From contig BJGH01000004.1 of assembly GCA_014190355.1 (NCBI GenBank), positions 64,021 through 128,020 of the forward strand: DNA of 64,000 nt, given 5' to 3'. This document shows, piece after piece, positions 20,309-32,190 of the stretch. A model generated the notes under the pieces. The model was not told the origin of the DNA, did not search any database, and saw only the letters and a program-made list of their open reading frames with translations. The position numbers and the translations under genes were made by a program. The DNA comes from Alphaproteobacteria bacterium. Its GTDB lineage: Bacteria; Pseudomonadota; Alphaproteobacteria; Rickettsiales; UBA1997. The first letter of the stretch is position 1; each line of letters begins with the position of its first letter.

Positions 20309-22819
20309 TTAACCATTTTCTTCTAATTTTTTTTGTAAAGCTCTGCGCGCTTCGGCATTGATTTGCCTGATTCTTTCTCTTTCAGCTTGAACTCTTTGGT
20401 TTTCTAAATCGGTAATGGTATCAATGATAATTGGCAGTGATTCTTTAATAGATGGATTTGAGCCATTTTTTTCAGCTAAATTTGCAATTATTGCTTGGAC
20501 AACATCAATTGTTTCTTGATTACAAGATAAAATTTTAGAATAACCAATTAAATCATTCAGATTTAAGGTTGCAATTAAAGATTCTTCAGCGTGGCGAAGC
20601 ATGAAATGATGCTCTTTAACTTCCATCATTTTCAAGATATCAAGTTCCTCTTTATCAAAATTTAAAATTTCTTTAATTCCAATATTTGGAGTTGGATTGG
20701 GCAAATAAATTTCTGTTGAACAATAATCAACAATTACCTTAGATAAATCAGGGTAATTAACAATTTCATCATCTTGAGCCGTAAAAATTATTACACAATT
20801 TTTTTGACGCATTCGCTCCATAAAATCAAGAAGACCCGAACTAAATAGCACATTACCGATAAATTCAAAAGCCTGATTCAAAACAATCACAGCTGGACTT
20901 CCATCAAGATTTTTTTCAATACGATATAAAATATATAAAAACAATGGAATTAATATGGGCTTTTGATCACGATAAATTGTGAAATCAAAACCATTAATTC
21001 TTTTATTTAACTCAAAGTCATCAAGATTATTAAAAACATAACTTAACTTTCCTTCACTCCAGATTTGCAAATTTTCATAAATTACTGCGGTCTCATTAGC
21101 ATTAAAAACTTCAACAGCACTTTTAAAATCTTGACAATTTGCTGCAAAAATCCGATCTATTACATCGGGAATTACTTCAATTTGTTGTTGTGGAGGACTA
21201 TTTTTACGAAAAAAAACTAAACTCTTAAAAAATTCAATTAGAAAATTTTTGGCATAGCCATTATGCTCAATCTTGAGTGGATTCAATGATAAAAAATAAT
21301 TACTTTTTTTATCATTAATACTTAAGTCAAAATATTTGCCACCACTTAATTCTACAAAACATTGTGAAGAATTATTAAAATCAAAAATATAAGTTTTAGG
21401 TTTAATTTTTTGAGATTGCGATAACAAAAAATTTATTAACAAGGTTTTACCAGAAGATTTTGGACCGACCACTAAGGTGTGACCATTATCAGCATCATGA
21501 AAATTAAAAAAGAATGGGGTGTTTAAAACCGTTTTAAAGGCACAAATTGCTGAACCCCAATAATTGCCAGCAATTGATCCCGAAGGAAAGCTATGAAGCG
21601 AAGCAAAACCTGCTATTCGATAAGTATTAATAATTTTTTGTCGACGTAAAAAAGAAAAATTAGCTGGCATTTGCGACCAAAAACAATGCTCCATAAATAT
21701 ATCTTCACGAACTAAAACAAAGCCCAAGGCACTGAATTCATCGATTGCCTTTTTAATATCTTTATTCAAGTCATCTTTATTTTTATTTATAATCATTAAA
21801 GTTGTTTGCAATTTACCATAGTCAGTTCTTTTTCCAGTTCTGCTATCAATAAAATTTGCCAAACCACTTAACTCTCGATATTGCTCATCGCCACTGACCT
21901 TAAGAATATAATCTTGATACTCAAATGGCTCAAGTTCTTTTTCATCATAAAAAAAATCGAAAGATTGGGTAATTATGAATTCAAGAGGTAATTGTAAAAT
22001 TTGATCAAGAGCAGTAATTCCAACCTCAAAATATTCTTTTAGAGAAAAAATTGCTGCAAAGTTTTTGTTATTGTAACCAACCACTTCAAGTTCTCGATCA
22101 CCAAAGGCTATTTTGTGACTCGTTAAATCATTACAAATATCATTGGCTACTAATGGATATCGTTCTTCATATAAATTAACTAATTTACCAAAAAAACGCA
22201 TAGGTTCTGAATATATCACTCCTTCCCATTCTTTTAAACCCAAAATCTTAGCTCCATATTCCATAAGATCCATAGCAATATTATTGACTAATAATGATAA
22301 TTTTTTATGAGCATATTCTAAGTTATTTATGTGCAAAGATTTGGTAGTAATTTTAGAAAATGATCGAGACAATGACGAGATATTAGTTATAGAAGTATCT
22401 ATACCTTCAGTTATCACAGTAATATATAATTCATTAACATATTCGCTTTTTAAATTATTCAAATCTTCCCATTTGTGATTAAGATTTAGATTAAAAAAAT
22501 CGTCAAATTCTCCACGCGGACTGATATTTTTTTTTCGCCTAAAGGTGTTGAACCAAACAGCATATTTTACATCCTGAACATTTTTTTTAAAAGAATCTCT
22601 TACAGCATCTCGTAAAGAAATAATCTCGGAAATAACTGTTTTATTACTAAATCCAGTCACTCTAATTATTTGTAACAATTCACCATTTTTAGTAAGAATA
22701 GTGTTGGGATCATAATGACATACATAAGGAACAAAATCCTCATCAGGAAAATGGGCAGATGATTCTTTCCTTTTTTTTTGAAATATTTTTTTAAAAATTA
22801 AATTTGTGAATGACGACAT
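20309..22819 (-). CDS. virB4: Type IV secretion ATPase VirB4/TrbE/CagE family (orphan copy, atypical Walker B)
   Basis: 836 aa. The N-terminal region is VirB4-like (FVPYVCHYDPNTILTKNGELLQIIRVTGF). Walker A is VVGPKSSGKT. The C-terminal 'RQKNCVIIFTAQ' resembles the RK-N-x-V-x-x-TQ motif. No other vir genes are adjacent. Confidence 0.85.
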   Translation of the reverse strand: MSSFTNLIFKKIFQKKRKESSAHFPDEDFVPYVCHYDPNTILTKNGELLQIIRVTGFSNKTVISEIISLRDAVRDSFKKNVQDVKYAVWFNTFRRKKNISPRGEFDDFFNLNLNHKWEDLNNLKSEYVNELYITVITEGIDTSITNISSLSRSFSKITTKSLHINNLEYAHKKLSLLVNNIAMDLMEYGAKILGLKEWEGVIYSEPMRFFGKLVNLYEERYPLVANDICNDLTSHKIAFGDRELEVVGYNNKNFAAIFSLKEYFEVGITALDQILQLPLEFIITQSFDFFYDEKELEPFEYQDYILKVSGDEQYRELSGLANFIDSRTGKRTDYGKLQTTLMIINKNKDDLNKDIKKAIDEFSALGFVLVREDIFMEHCFWSQMPANFSFLRRQKIINTYRIAGFASLHSFPSGSIAGNYWGSAICAFKTVLNTPFFFNFHDADNGHTLVVGPKSSGKTLLINFLLSQSQKIKPKTYIFDFNNSSQCFVELSGGKYFDLSINDKKSNYFLSLNPLKIEHNGYAKNFLIEFFKSLVFFRKNSPPQQQIEVIPDVIDRIFAANCQDFKSAVEVFNANETAVIYENLQIWSEGKLSYVFNNLDDFELNKRINGFDFTIYRDQKPILIPLFLYILYRIEKNLDGSPAVIVLNQAFEFIGNVLFSSGLLDFMERMRQKNCVIIFTAQDDEIVNYPDLSKVIVDYCSTEIYLPNPTPNIGIKEILNFDKEELDILKMMEVKEHHFMLRHAEESLIATLNLNDLIGYSKILSCNQETIDVVQAIIANLAEKNGSNPSIKESLPIIIDTITDLENQRVQAERERIRQINAEARRALQKKLEENG

Positions 22820-22828
22820 TTTTTTAAT

Positions 22829-24178
22829 TTATCTTTTGACGATTTCAAGATAATCTCTCTTAATATGTCCAGTGTACAATTGTCTTGGACGACCAATTTT
22901 AAAGGCTTGATCTTCGATCATTTCTTTCCATTGCGATATCCACCCTGCACTTCGAGCAATTGCAAAAATAACTGTAAATAAATTAGTAGGAATGCCCAAA
23001 GCTTTATAGATAATTCCTGAATAAAAATCAACATTTGGGAATAATTTTCTACTAATAAAATATTCATCATTTAAAGCAATTTTTTCAAGCTCAATAGCAA
23101 TGTCAAGCAATGGGTCTTCGATGCCTAGTTCATGCAAAACTTCATCACAAGATTTTTTTAAAACTGCAGCTCGAGGATCATAATTTTTATAAACTCGATG
23201 ACCAAAACCCATCAAACGAAACGGATCATTTTTGTCTTTAGCTTTTTTAATATATTCGGGAATACGATCCTTGGTAGCAATTTCTTGAAGCATTTCAATA
23301 ACTTCTTCATTTGCTCCACCATGAGCTGGACCCCACAACGATGAAATTCCTGCACCAATACAGGCAAAAGGATTTGCCCCAGATGAACCAGCCAGTCTGA
23401 CTGTCGAGGTTGAAGCATTTTGCTCATGATCCGCATGTAAAACAAAAATCATTTCCATAGCTCGAGCTAAGGTTGGACTAACTTTATAATTTGCAGTTGG
23501 CTTAGCAAATAACATATGCAAAAAATTTTCAGCAAAACCCAGATCGTCTTGCGGATAAATTATTGGTTCACCAATTGAATATTTATAAGCCATAGCTGCA
23601 AGAGTAGGCATTTTGGCAATAATTTTATAAACTACATCCATTCGTCCTTCTGAACTTGTAACATCCATAGTTTCATGATAAAAAGCCGAGAGTGAAGCAA
23701 CTGCTCCAACCATTATTGCCATAGGATGGGCTCTTCTGGGAAATCCTCGAAACAATATATTGATCTGCTCGTGAACCAACATATTTTTCTTAACATTAGC
23801 CCTAAAATCTTGATATTGCTGAATATTAGGCAATTCATGATTTATTAAAAGATAAGCAACTTCAAGAAATTCACTTTTTCTGGCAAGCTCTTCAATTGAA
23901 TATCCACCATGTTGCAAAACCCCTTTTTCGCCATCGATAAAGGTTATTTTTGATTCACAAGAGGCAGTAGATAAAAACCCTGGATCATAAGTAAACATTT
24001 GACTTTCTTTATACAAACTTGATATATCAATCACATCTTGACCAATCGAAGCTTGATGGATTGGTAAATTAATTTCTTTGCCATTTGGTAAAGTTAATTT
24101 AGCGAATTGAGTTGAACCGCTTCCTATATTTGAGCCTGAAGAAGCTTTTAAAGAGTCTTTAACTAAAGAGTGCATCAT
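22829..24178 (-). CDS. gltA: Citrate synthase
   Basis: [23 protein letters not shown] and [15 protein letters not shown] motifs. The listed start at 24205 is a TTG; the tandem ATGs at 24178/24175 are more likely. Confidence 0.92.
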   Translation of the reverse strand: MMHSLVKDSLKASSGSNIGSGSTQFAKLTLPNGKEINLPIHQASIGQDVIDISSLYKESQMFTYDPGFLSTASCESKITFIDGEKGVLQHGGYSIEELARKSEFLEVAYLLINHELPNIQQYQDFRANVKKNMLVHEQINILFRGFPRRAHPMAIMVGAVASLSAFYHETMDVTSSEGRMDVVYKIIAKMPTLAAMAYKYSIGEPIIYPQDDLGFAENFLHMLFAKPTANYKVSPTLARAMEMIFVLHADHEQNASTSTVRLAGSSGANPFACIGAGISSLWGPAHGGANEEVIEMLQEIATKDRIPEYIKKAKDKNDPFRLMGFGHRVYKNYDPRAAVLKKSCDEVLHELGIEDPLLDIAIELEKIALNDEYFISRKLFPNVDFYSGIIYKALGIPTNLFTVIFAIARSAGWISQWKEMIEDQAFKIGRPRQLYTGHIKRDYLEIVKR

Positions 24179-24442
24179 AAAAAAATTAATTAAATAATAT
24201 TTCAACCCAATAATAAAACCGCTACCTAAATTAGCATAATTATTTTAAAAAATAACCAAGATTTATTATCGCTAAAATTTAGATAATAATATTTAAAAAT
24301 TATTTTTTGAGTTGCAAGAATTGATTATGTTATTTTTAAAAAATTATTTGGCTGAACAGATTTTATCAAAAATATTAGGTTATCAATAATTTTAATTTAT
24401 TATAAAGAAGTTAAATTATTAACGAAGTTTTTTAATCAAACT

Positions 24443-25816
24443 TTATATTGGAAGAGCAATTTCAACTTTTAAGCCTCCAAGTTTAGTGGAATCACTTAGT
24501 TTTATTGCCCCACCATGAGCAATCACTGAATCAAAAGCAATTGCTAGACCAAGCCCTGATCCCCCTGTAGCAATTTTTTTATCAAGATTTCGTGAATTGT
24601 CAATTCGATAAAATGGCTTAAAAACATTTTCCCTTTCACCTTCAGGAATTCCTGGACCATCATCTTCAATAAAAATAATTAAGTTATCATCATTTTTATG
24701 AGCCGATAATAAAACTTTTTGACCATAATTAAAAGCATTATCAACCAGATTAGTTAATGCTCTTTTCAATGAAAGTTTGCGAATAAACATTGAAAATTCC
24801 GGATCAAGATCAATATTTTCATCGATATTACGATTCATTTTGCGATAATAAATTACTAATTTTTCTAATAAAAAACTTCTAACATTTACTAATTTACTTT
24901 TCTCCTTGTCATCATAACGAGCAAAATCTAAATATTCGTTGATGAGTTTTTCCATATCACTCACATCGGTTTTTAGATCAATGATTTCAGGAGTTTGACT
25001 TAGCATTTCTAATTGCAATTTCATTCTTGTTAAAGGTGTTCTTAAATCATGAGAAACTGCGGAAAGCATGTCTGTTCTTTGGCTAATTTGTCTTAAAACT
25101 CGCTCTTTCATTTTGTTAAATGAAATAGTTAAAGAACGAATTTCTTGAGAGCCAACTGGCCTTAAAACTCCTAACTCCTGCCCTCTGCCAAACTTTTCAG
25201 CTGATTCACTTAATTTACGAATTAAATGAATTTGATTACGAAAAAACATAATTGATAAAATCGAGGTCAAAACAATGGTGAAGCCCATCCAAAAAATAAA
25301 TACATAAGCTGTAGAACTAGTAATTTTTTTGATAGGTATATCAAATGTTAAGACTCCCTGCGAGGTTTGAATCTTAACGAAAATTATATCATTATCGTCA
25401 GGATTTTCATAGATTTCATATGGTTTTAAGCCGTGAGAATTAAGCTCAGACTTAAAGCGATTATATGGATCAATAATTGGATTAACATATTCATAAAATT
25501 TACTTTTTCGCCATGCACTATCACCAATTTTTTTGCGTTTTAAGCGGTGTCTTTCTTGAAAAGAAAATGCCAGACCAGTATTTTGAGATAATTCACGAAG
25601 TAATGTTTCATATCCTGGTTTGTCAATTGAAGTTTTTACAAACACCATCTCAGCAATAACGCTTCGAGCCATGTGCTTACTGATTATATCAAGGTGAGTA
25701 TAATAAAATACGTAAATTGACACCAACTGAATAATCAATGCCGATAGAACAATAATCAGTAGAAACCTACCATAAAGAGAGCGAGGAATAAGTTTTTTAA
25801 TTTTAAAATTTTTCAT
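24443..25816 (-). CDS. EnvZ-like two-component sensor histidine kinase (no adjacent response regulator)
   Basis: Two TM helices, a HAMP-like linker, an H-box SAVSHDLRTPLTRMKLQLEML, an N-box LVDNAFNYG and G-boxes DDGPGIP / GGSGLGLAI. Confidence 0.85.
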   Translation of the reverse strand: MKNFKIKKLIPRSLYGRFLLIIVLSALIIQLVSIYVFYYTHLDIISKHMARSVIAEMVFVKTSIDKPGYETLLRELSQNTGLAFSFQERHRLKRKKIGDSAWRKSKFYEYVNPIIDPYNRFKSELNSHGLKPYEIYENPDDNDIIFVKIQTSQGVLTFDIPIKKITSSTAYVFIFWMGFTIVLTSILSIMFFRNQIHLIRKLSESAEKFGRGQELGVLRPVGSQEIRSLTISFNKMKERVLRQISQRTDMLSAVSHDLRTPLTRMKLQLEMLSQTPEIIDLKTDVSDMEKLINEYLDFARYDDKEKSKLVNVRSFLLEKLVIYYRKMNRNIDENIDLDPEFSMFIRKLSLKRALTNLVDNAFNYGQKVLLSAHKNDDNLIIFIEDDGPGIPEGERENVFKPFYRIDNSRNLDKKIATGGSGLGLAIAFDSVIAHGGAIKLSDSTKLGGLKVEIALPI

Positions 25817-25985
25817 TATTAGAAATTTTAAATTGCAATTAGTTAAACAGGTTATTAATATTAAATTATCAAAGATTTAACTTATTTTAAACAATCAAAT
25901 CTTCGAACTTAAATTATTTAAAATTAATATTTGATTTTAGTTTTTTATAATAAAATTAAATCCAAATGCCCTTACCAAGTTAAGC

Positions 25986-26744
25986 ATGAATTATAAAATT
26001 TCAGCTAAAAATATCAATCTCTTTTACTCAGAAAAGCAAGCTTTGTTTGATATTAATCTCAATTTTCAAGAAAAAACTGTTACCGCTTTAATTGGTCCTT
26101 CAGGTTGCGGAAAATCATCATTTCTTCGTTGCATTAATCGCATGAATGACACCATAAGCAATTGCAAAATCTCAGGAACAATTACTCTTGATAATAAAAA
26201 TATTTATGACAAAGATTTGGATTTAGTCCTCCTTCGAGCTTCGGTTGGTATGGTTTTTCAAAAACCTAACCCGTTTTTAAAATCAATATACGAAAATGTA
26301 GCATATGGACCTAAAATCCACGGTTTGTTTTCTAACAAAAAACACCTAGATCAAATTGTTGAACAAAGCTTAAGCAAAGCCGGATTATGGGACGAAGTTA
26401 AAGACAGACTTCACGACCAAGCCAGCACTCTATCTGGAGGTCAACAGCAAAGACTTTGCATAGCTCGAACAATTGCTATTGAACCTGAGGTTATTCTTAT
26501 GGACGAACCCTGCTCTGCCCTTGATCCAATTGCTACAGCAAAAATTGAAGAATTGATCGATGAATTAAAGGATAATTTTACAATAATAATTGTTACTCAT
26601 TCAATGCAACAAGCTGCAAGGGTTTCTAATATGACAGCTTTTTTTAATATGGGCAAAATTATCGAATATGATGCAACTGACAAAATCTTCACTAATCCCA
26701 AAGAACAAAAAACCCAAGATTATATCACTGGAAGATTTGGCTAA
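25986..26744 (+). CDS. pstB: Phosphate ABC transporter ATP-binding protein
   Basis: Walker [10 protein letters not shown], the PstB-typical '[13 protein letters not shown]' and 'MVFQKPNPF', signature [13 protein letters not shown], and C-terminal DYITGRFG. Confidence 0.9.
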   Translation: MNYKISAKNINLFYSEKQALFDINLNFQEKTVTALIGPSGCGKSSFLRCINRMNDTISNCKISGTITLDNKNIYDKDLDLVLLRASVGMVFQKPNPFLKSIYENVAYGPKIHGLFSNKKHLDQIVEQSLSKAGLWDEVKDRLHDQASTLSGGQQQRLCIARTIAIEPEVILMDEPCSALDPIATAKIEELIDELKDNFTIIIVTHSMQQAARVSNMTAFFNMGKIIEYDATDKIFTNPKEQKTQDYITGRFG

Positions 26745-26776
26745 TTTGTAATCCAATTAATTTTAATTAAAATTTT

Positions 26777-27151
26777 ATGTTTGGCTTTTCACTGGCAGAG
26801 TTAGTAGTAGTGATGATTGTGATTTTAATTTTTATTAAACCGCAAGACCTGCCAGAGATTGCCCATTTTTTGGGAAGAATTTTTTTTCGTGGTAAAAAAT
26901 TTTATCATGAGCTTAAAAAGAATTTAAGTGAACTTGAAAAAGAATTTGGCATTGACGATTTAAAGCAAGAAATAAATCGTGGAATCGCCGATGAAGCCAG
27001 TAAAATTGAAGATGAAACAACGGTTATTGTTGATATGTATGGCAATGAACATCATGTCAAAAATATCCATGAAATCAGACCAGATCTCGACAAAGAGCAA
27101 ATAAGTGATGAAATCAAAAGTTCACAAATCAAAAATAAAACTGCATCATAA
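26777..27151 (+). CDS. tatB: Twin-arginine translocase TatA/TatB-family protein (TatB-like by length)
   Basis: MFGFSLAELVVVMIVILIFIKPQDLPEIAHFLGR is the TatA/B N-terminal TM plus amphipathic helix pattern; 124 aa. No tatC follows. Confidence 0.65.
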   Translation: MFGFSLAELVVVMIVILIFIKPQDLPEIAHFLGRIFFRGKKFYHELKKNLSELEKEFGIDDLKQEINRGIADEASKIEDETTVIVDMYGNEHHVKNIHEIRPDLDKEQISDEIKSSQIKNKTAS

Positions 27152-27685
27152 AAAAACTAATTGCATTTTTTTAAAATAATTAAGCCAATTTAAAGAAATC
27201 ACTACTAAGGACAAACTCAATCTATTTTAATAGTTAAAAAAATTAAGGAGTTAAATTTTTATAACTTCTAGCTATTGCAAATAATTTTAAAGTAAAATTT
27301 ATAACTTTTATTTTAAATTAGTGAAATAAGTAAATTAAATATTTTTTATATTTCTTTTAATTGCCACAATACCCTAAACATGTTTTCAATTAAAATCATA
27401 CTCAATATTTGATCAGGTCTTTTGTTTATTAGATATTTTGTATCAAGAGTAACATCTTAAAATTTTAAAATTAAGATAATCAATCACATAATAGCCTTAG
27501 TTTTACAACAAAATTTTTCTAAAAAAACCAAAATTAAGTTGCGATCAAATTTAAAATTTATTGCTAGGTGTAGGTCTCAAATAATTAGATTTTCAAATAA
27601 TTATAAAACAATATCTGTTATATTTTTTTAAAATTTTTCACCTAAAAAATTATAAAATAACTATCTCAAAATAGATCAACAGTTT

Positions 27686-29224
27686 TTATAAAGGTAAGTT
27701 ATCATGCTTTTTCCAAGGTTTAATAACTTTTTTCTTTTTTAAAATTTGTAAAGCTTGGCAGATATGTTTTCTAGTATTTTGTGGACGAATTACCTCATCA
27801 ATAAAACCTCGCGATGATGCCACAAAAGGTGAAGCAAATTTTTCACGATATTGCGTAACTTTTTGCGTTTTACTTTCTGGGTTTTTTGCCTCTTCTCGAA
27901 AGATAATTTCTACCGCCCCCTCAGGTCCCATAACAGCAATTTCAGCATTAGCCCATGCATAATTAACATCACCTTGTAAATGTTTTGAGTTCATAACAAT
28001 ATATGCTCCACCGTAAGCCTTACGCGTAATCACAGTAATCTTTGGAACGCTAGCTTCACCAAAGGCATAAAGCAGTTTTGCTCCATGTTTAATTATACCA
28101 TTATGCTCTTGATCACTACCTGGCAAGAATCCTGGAACATCGACAAAAGTAAGAATTGGAATATTAAAAGCATCACAAAAACGAATAAATCTTGCTGATT
28201 TTTCACTAGCTTTAATGTCTAAACAACCAGCAAGTTGCATAGGTTGATTGGCAACAACACCAACGCTTTGTCCTTCCATTCTGCCAAAACCAATAATAAT
28301 ATTTTTAGCATAATTTTGTTGGATCTCAAAAAAATCTCCTTCGTCCAAAATTTTTTCAATAAGCTCTACAATGTCATATGGCTGATTGGGATTCTCTGGA
28401 ACCAAAGTGTTCAAAGAAACATCAATTCGATCATGAACATCATCAACTGGAATTTCAGGGGGATTTTCTTTATTAGAAAGTGGTAAAAAATTTATTAATC
28501 TTCGCGTTTGCAGCAAAGCATCAATATCGCTTTTGTAAGTTAAATGAGCAACTCCGCTTTTTGCCCCATGAACTGAAGCTCCACCCAAATCTTCTTGAGA
28601 AATATTTTCACTGGTTACGGTTTTAACAACATCTGGACCAGTAACAAACATGTAAGAAGAATTTTCGACCATAATCGTAAAGTCAGTCAAAGCAGGTGAA
28701 TAAACCGCTCCTCCCGCACATGGACCCATGATTAAAGAAATCTGCGGAACAACTCCACTGGCGTCAATGTTGCGTTGAAAAATTTCTCCATAACCTCCCA
28801 ACGAGTCAACCCCTTCTTGAATTCTTGCTCCTCCCGAATCATTGATCCCAACAATAGGAGCTCCAACTTGAATAGCTTTGTCAAGAATATGACATATTTT
28901 TTTGGCATGAGCTTCACCCAGTGACCCACCCATTACCGTAAAGTCCTGACTATAAACAAAAACAAGTCTGCCATTAATAGTTCCATGACCAGTCACTACT
29001 CCATCTCCGGGATGTTTTTTATCTTCCATTCCAAAATCCGAACAACGATGTTCAACATAAAGACCATATTCTTCAAAAGAATCTGGATCAAGCAAAACCT
29101 CTATTCTCTCACGAGCAGTAAGTTTTCCTTTGGAGTGTTGTAGATCAATTCGCTTTTGTCCACCTCCTAGTCTAGCTTCCTCACGCTTGTGATTAAGCTT
29201 TACAATATTTGCAGATTGCATCAT
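27686..29224 (-). CDS. pccB: Acyl-CoA (propionyl-CoA) carboxylase carboxyltransferase beta subunit
   Basis: 512 aa with carboxyltransferase motifs ([60 protein letters not shown]). Confidence 0.88.
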   Translation of the reverse strand: MMQSANIVKLNHKREEARLGGGQKRIDLQHSKGKLTARERIEVLLDPDSFEEYGLYVEHRCSDFGMEDKKHPGDGVVTGHGTINGRLVFVYSQDFTVMGGSLGEAHAKKICHILDKAIQVGAPIVGINDSGGARIQEGVDSLGGYGEIFQRNIDASGVVPQISLIMGPCAGGAVYSPALTDFTIMVENSSYMFVTGPDVVKTVTSENISQEDLGGASVHGAKSGVAHLTYKSDIDALLQTRRLINFLPLSNKENPPEIPVDDVHDRIDVSLNTLVPENPNQPYDIVELIEKILDEGDFFEIQQNYAKNIIIGFGRMEGQSVGVVANQPMQLAGCLDIKASEKSARFIRFCDAFNIPILTFVDVPGFLPGSDQEHNGIIKHGAKLLYAFGEASVPKITVITRKAYGGAYIVMNSKHLQGDVNYAWANAEIAVMGPEGAVEIIFREEAKNPESKTQKVTQYREKFASPFVASSRGFIDEVIRPQNTRKHICQALQILKKKKVIKPWKKHDNLPL

Positions 29225-29237
29225 AATTTAAAAAAAA

Positions 29238-29912
29238 TTAATTATATTTGGCAATAATCGTTTCGCCACCTATCATAGTTTGACCTAATAAAGATTTAAT
29301 TTCAACTGCTTCAGGTAAATAAATATCAGCTCTACTGCCAAAACGAATGATCCCATATTTTTGACCAATCTGAACTTCTTGACCTTCTTTTAACTCGCTA
29401 ATAATTCTTCTTGCAACCAATCCAGCAACCTGAACAAAAACAATATCCAAACCATTTTTAGTTTTGACAACAACTGCATTACGCTCATTTTCAAGACTTG
29501 CTTCTTCAGCATTAGCACTTAAAAATTTTCCGGGACGATAAACAACCTTACTCACAGTCCCTGAAACCGGAACACGATTGACATGCACATTAAAAACATT
29601 CAGAAAAACGCTAATTTTATTAAATTTTTGTTTACCATATCCCAACTCTTCTGGAGCTTCAACATTATATTCTACTCGAGTAACCACCCCGTCAGCAGGG
29701 CTAACAACAACACTTTCTTCAACAGGAATAACTCGCTCAGGATCGCGAAAGAAAAAGATACACCATAATGTAGCAACTAAACCTATCAAACCTAAAAAAT
29801 TGCTAAGCATCGCTAAGATAGCAGTTGCAATAGCAAAAATTAAAATAAATTTGTAACCCTCTTTGTGAATTGGAAAAAGTACAAGTTTAAGTGCGTCGTA
29901 GAAATCATTCAT
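29238..29912 (-). CDS. psd: Phosphatidylserine decarboxylase proenzyme (short form)
   Basis: N-terminal TM segments and the self-cleavage motif context GIIRFGSRADIYLP (G-S-R); 224 aa. Confidence 0.85.
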   Translation of the reverse strand: MNDFYDALKLVLFPIHKEGYKFILIFAIATAILAMLSNFLGLIGLVATLWCIFFFRDPERVIPVEESVVVSPADGVVTRVEYNVEAPEELGYGKQKFNKISVFLNVFNVHVNRVPVSGTVSKVVYRPGKFLSANAEEASLENERNAVVVKTKNGLDIVFVQVAGLVARRIISELKEGQEVQIGQKYGIIRFGSRADIYLPEAVEIKSLLGQTMIGGETIIAKYN

Positions 29913-30412
29913 AATATTTATTGGTTTTTGTTGTTTTAATTATAAATTAAGAACTTATAATTTTTATTCTAAACTTTTGTTAAAAAGTTGGTTTTAATAT
30001 TAAAACTATTTTTAAAATTCTCAAAATCTTTTTGAATTATTTTTTTTATAAAAAATTATATATTCAAGATGCTTCATTGATGTTAAATTTTGATGAGAAG
30101 CATTTAATTCATTTTTAGTTTAAATTATTAAGTAGATTAAAAATTAAAGCTATAATCATTAATTAACTAGCAAATTTGCTTGTTAAATTTATTCTTGCTA
30201 AAGTAAATAGCTTGAATGTAAAACTTAATCTAATCGAAAATTTAATTCTTATAAAGTTAACTTAAAAATTAAAATAAAAATCTTATTAAATTTCACCCCA
30301 AAAAAATGCCATGGAGGTATTATCAAAATATCTGATTTTGAAAAATATTCTTTTAGAAATTAACTAAGAATTAAAATGCCCAAAAACTAATCTGTTTAAT
30401 TTAATTATCAGC

Positions 30413-31774
30413 TTAAACTGCAAATCGCGATCTTATTTCTTCGTTAGCTTTTGTACAATATTTTTCAAAGTCTTTGAGATTCATAGACTTTCTCTCAATC
30501 GATTTGTGATTAATCAAAAAATTTATTGCCTTATCTTCAATTATTTTAGCTCTAATGCTCTCAATTGCTTGAGGATTTTTTTGATAATAAGCAATTACTT
30601 TATCTTCTTGACCTTTAAAATTTTGGAGTATTGTAAATAGCTCTTTATCAAAATCTTCTTTGCTTGCCTCTAGCTTGTTTTGTTCACAAATTTTCGATAA
30701 AATCATAGCTCCACGAATCATTTCAATAGACTGCTCCTCCTTAACTTTTCGCGCTTTTTCTTTTTCTTTATCATTTTTAAATTTATCTGGATTCTGCTCA
30801 ATCTCGCTTTCTACATTTCGCCATAAAGCATTGGTCTGCTCATCAACTAAACCTTTTGGTAATTCAAAATCATATTTTTTATTTAAAAATTCCATAACTT
30901 CATTTTTGAAAATCTCTAAACTCATTTCTTCAAATCTTTTTGTTAAATCTTTTTGCAATAAATCCTCTAGAGCTTTTGGATCATCCAAGTTAAATTTTTC
31001 CTTAACAAATTCTTGATTTAATTCAGGAAGTTTGGCAACCAAAACTTCATTGACTTTTACTTCAAATTCAGCACTTTGCCCAGCTAGTTTTGGAGCATGA
31101 TAAGCTTTTGGAAATTTGACTTTAACCTTAACCTCATCACCTGCCCTTTTTCCAACCAATTGCTCTTCAAAATCATCAATAAAACTTTTCGACCCAAGCT
31201 CCAACTGATGACCCTTGGCACTTCCTCCTTCAAATTCTACTTTGTCAACTCTCCCAACATAATCAATAATTACAGCATCTCCGTTTTTTGCCTTATAAGA
31301 AGAATCTTGCTTTTCCCATGTTGCAAAAAATTTATTAAATTTTTGTAATTCTTGCTTAACATCATTATTATCAATAACAGCCTCTCGCTTAGTAACTTTA
31401 ATTTTATGCAAATCAATTTCGGGAATTTCAGGAAAAATTTCTAAAGACAAACTAATACTAACATCTTGAGCGAAATCAATTTCCTTGGCATCAACCTTTG
31501 GCTGCATGGCAAGTTTAAAACTATTATCTTTAACTATTGAACTTACTTTTGAATTTATTAATTTGTCGAGCTCATCTGCCATAATAGTTTTGCCATATTT
31601 TTCTTTTATAACTCCCGAAGGTATTTGACCTTTTCGAAAACCCTTTAAGGAAAAATTTTCTTTATTTTTATTGATATAATCTTCAACTTTTTGTTCAATC
31701 AATGCCTTAGGAATTGTGATATCAAACTGTTTGTTTAGTTTTTTATCAATTGTTTTTTTAACGATGATTTCCAT
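30413..31774 (-). CDS. tig: Trigger factor
   Basis: N-terminal ribosome-binding motif GFRKGQIP and a central FKBP-like region (GDAVIIDYVGRVDKVEFEGGSA); 453 aa. Confidence 0.9.
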   Translation of the reverse strand: MEIIVKKTIDKKLNKQFDITIPKALIEQKVEDYINKNKENFSLKGFRKGQIPSGVIKEKYGKTIMADELDKLINSKVSSIVKDNSFKLAMQPKVDAKEIDFAQDVSISLSLEIFPEIPEIDLHKIKVTKREAVIDNNDVKQELQKFNKFFATWEKQDSSYKAKNGDAVIIDYVGRVDKVEFEGGSAKGHQLELGSKSFIDDFEEQLVGKRAGDEVKVKVKFPKAYHAPKLAGQSAEFEVKVNEVLVAKLPELNQEFVKEKFNLDDPKALEDLLQKDLTKRFEEMSLEIFKNEVMEFLNKKYDFELPKGLVDEQTNALWRNVESEIEQNPDKFKNDKEKEKARKVKEEQSIEMIRGAMILSKICEQNKLEASKEDFDKELFTILQNFKGQEDKVIAYYQKNPQAIESIRAKIIEDKAINFLINHKSIERKSMNLKDFEKYCTKANEEIRSRFAV

Positions 31775-32190
31775 AAATATATTTTATATTTTATTATTGG
31801 TATATTGTTTTCTAAGTATAAATACTTTTATTTTTTTACGCGATCATAACATCTCGATCTATACACCAGTTATAATCCCTGCATGATCTAATACGCCAAG
31901 GCTTTATTTATAATTTGGCGTAGTTTTAACGATATTAAACAAATATTTTCAATTCAAAACTATAGTTGATAAATTTTAACTTTAAATAAAAATTTTTAAT
32001 CAAAACTTACTTTTTTAGAAAAATATTTTTAATATAATTATAATTAATTAATTTTATATTTTGCAATCAATTGTCATTAAGTAAAATTATTCAAAACTAG
32101 AATAAAAACATTTACAAACCCAATGGTGTTCAAAGCTAAAAGGATTAAATATTGACATTTTTAATAAAGCTATTTGATCAATAAACATAA

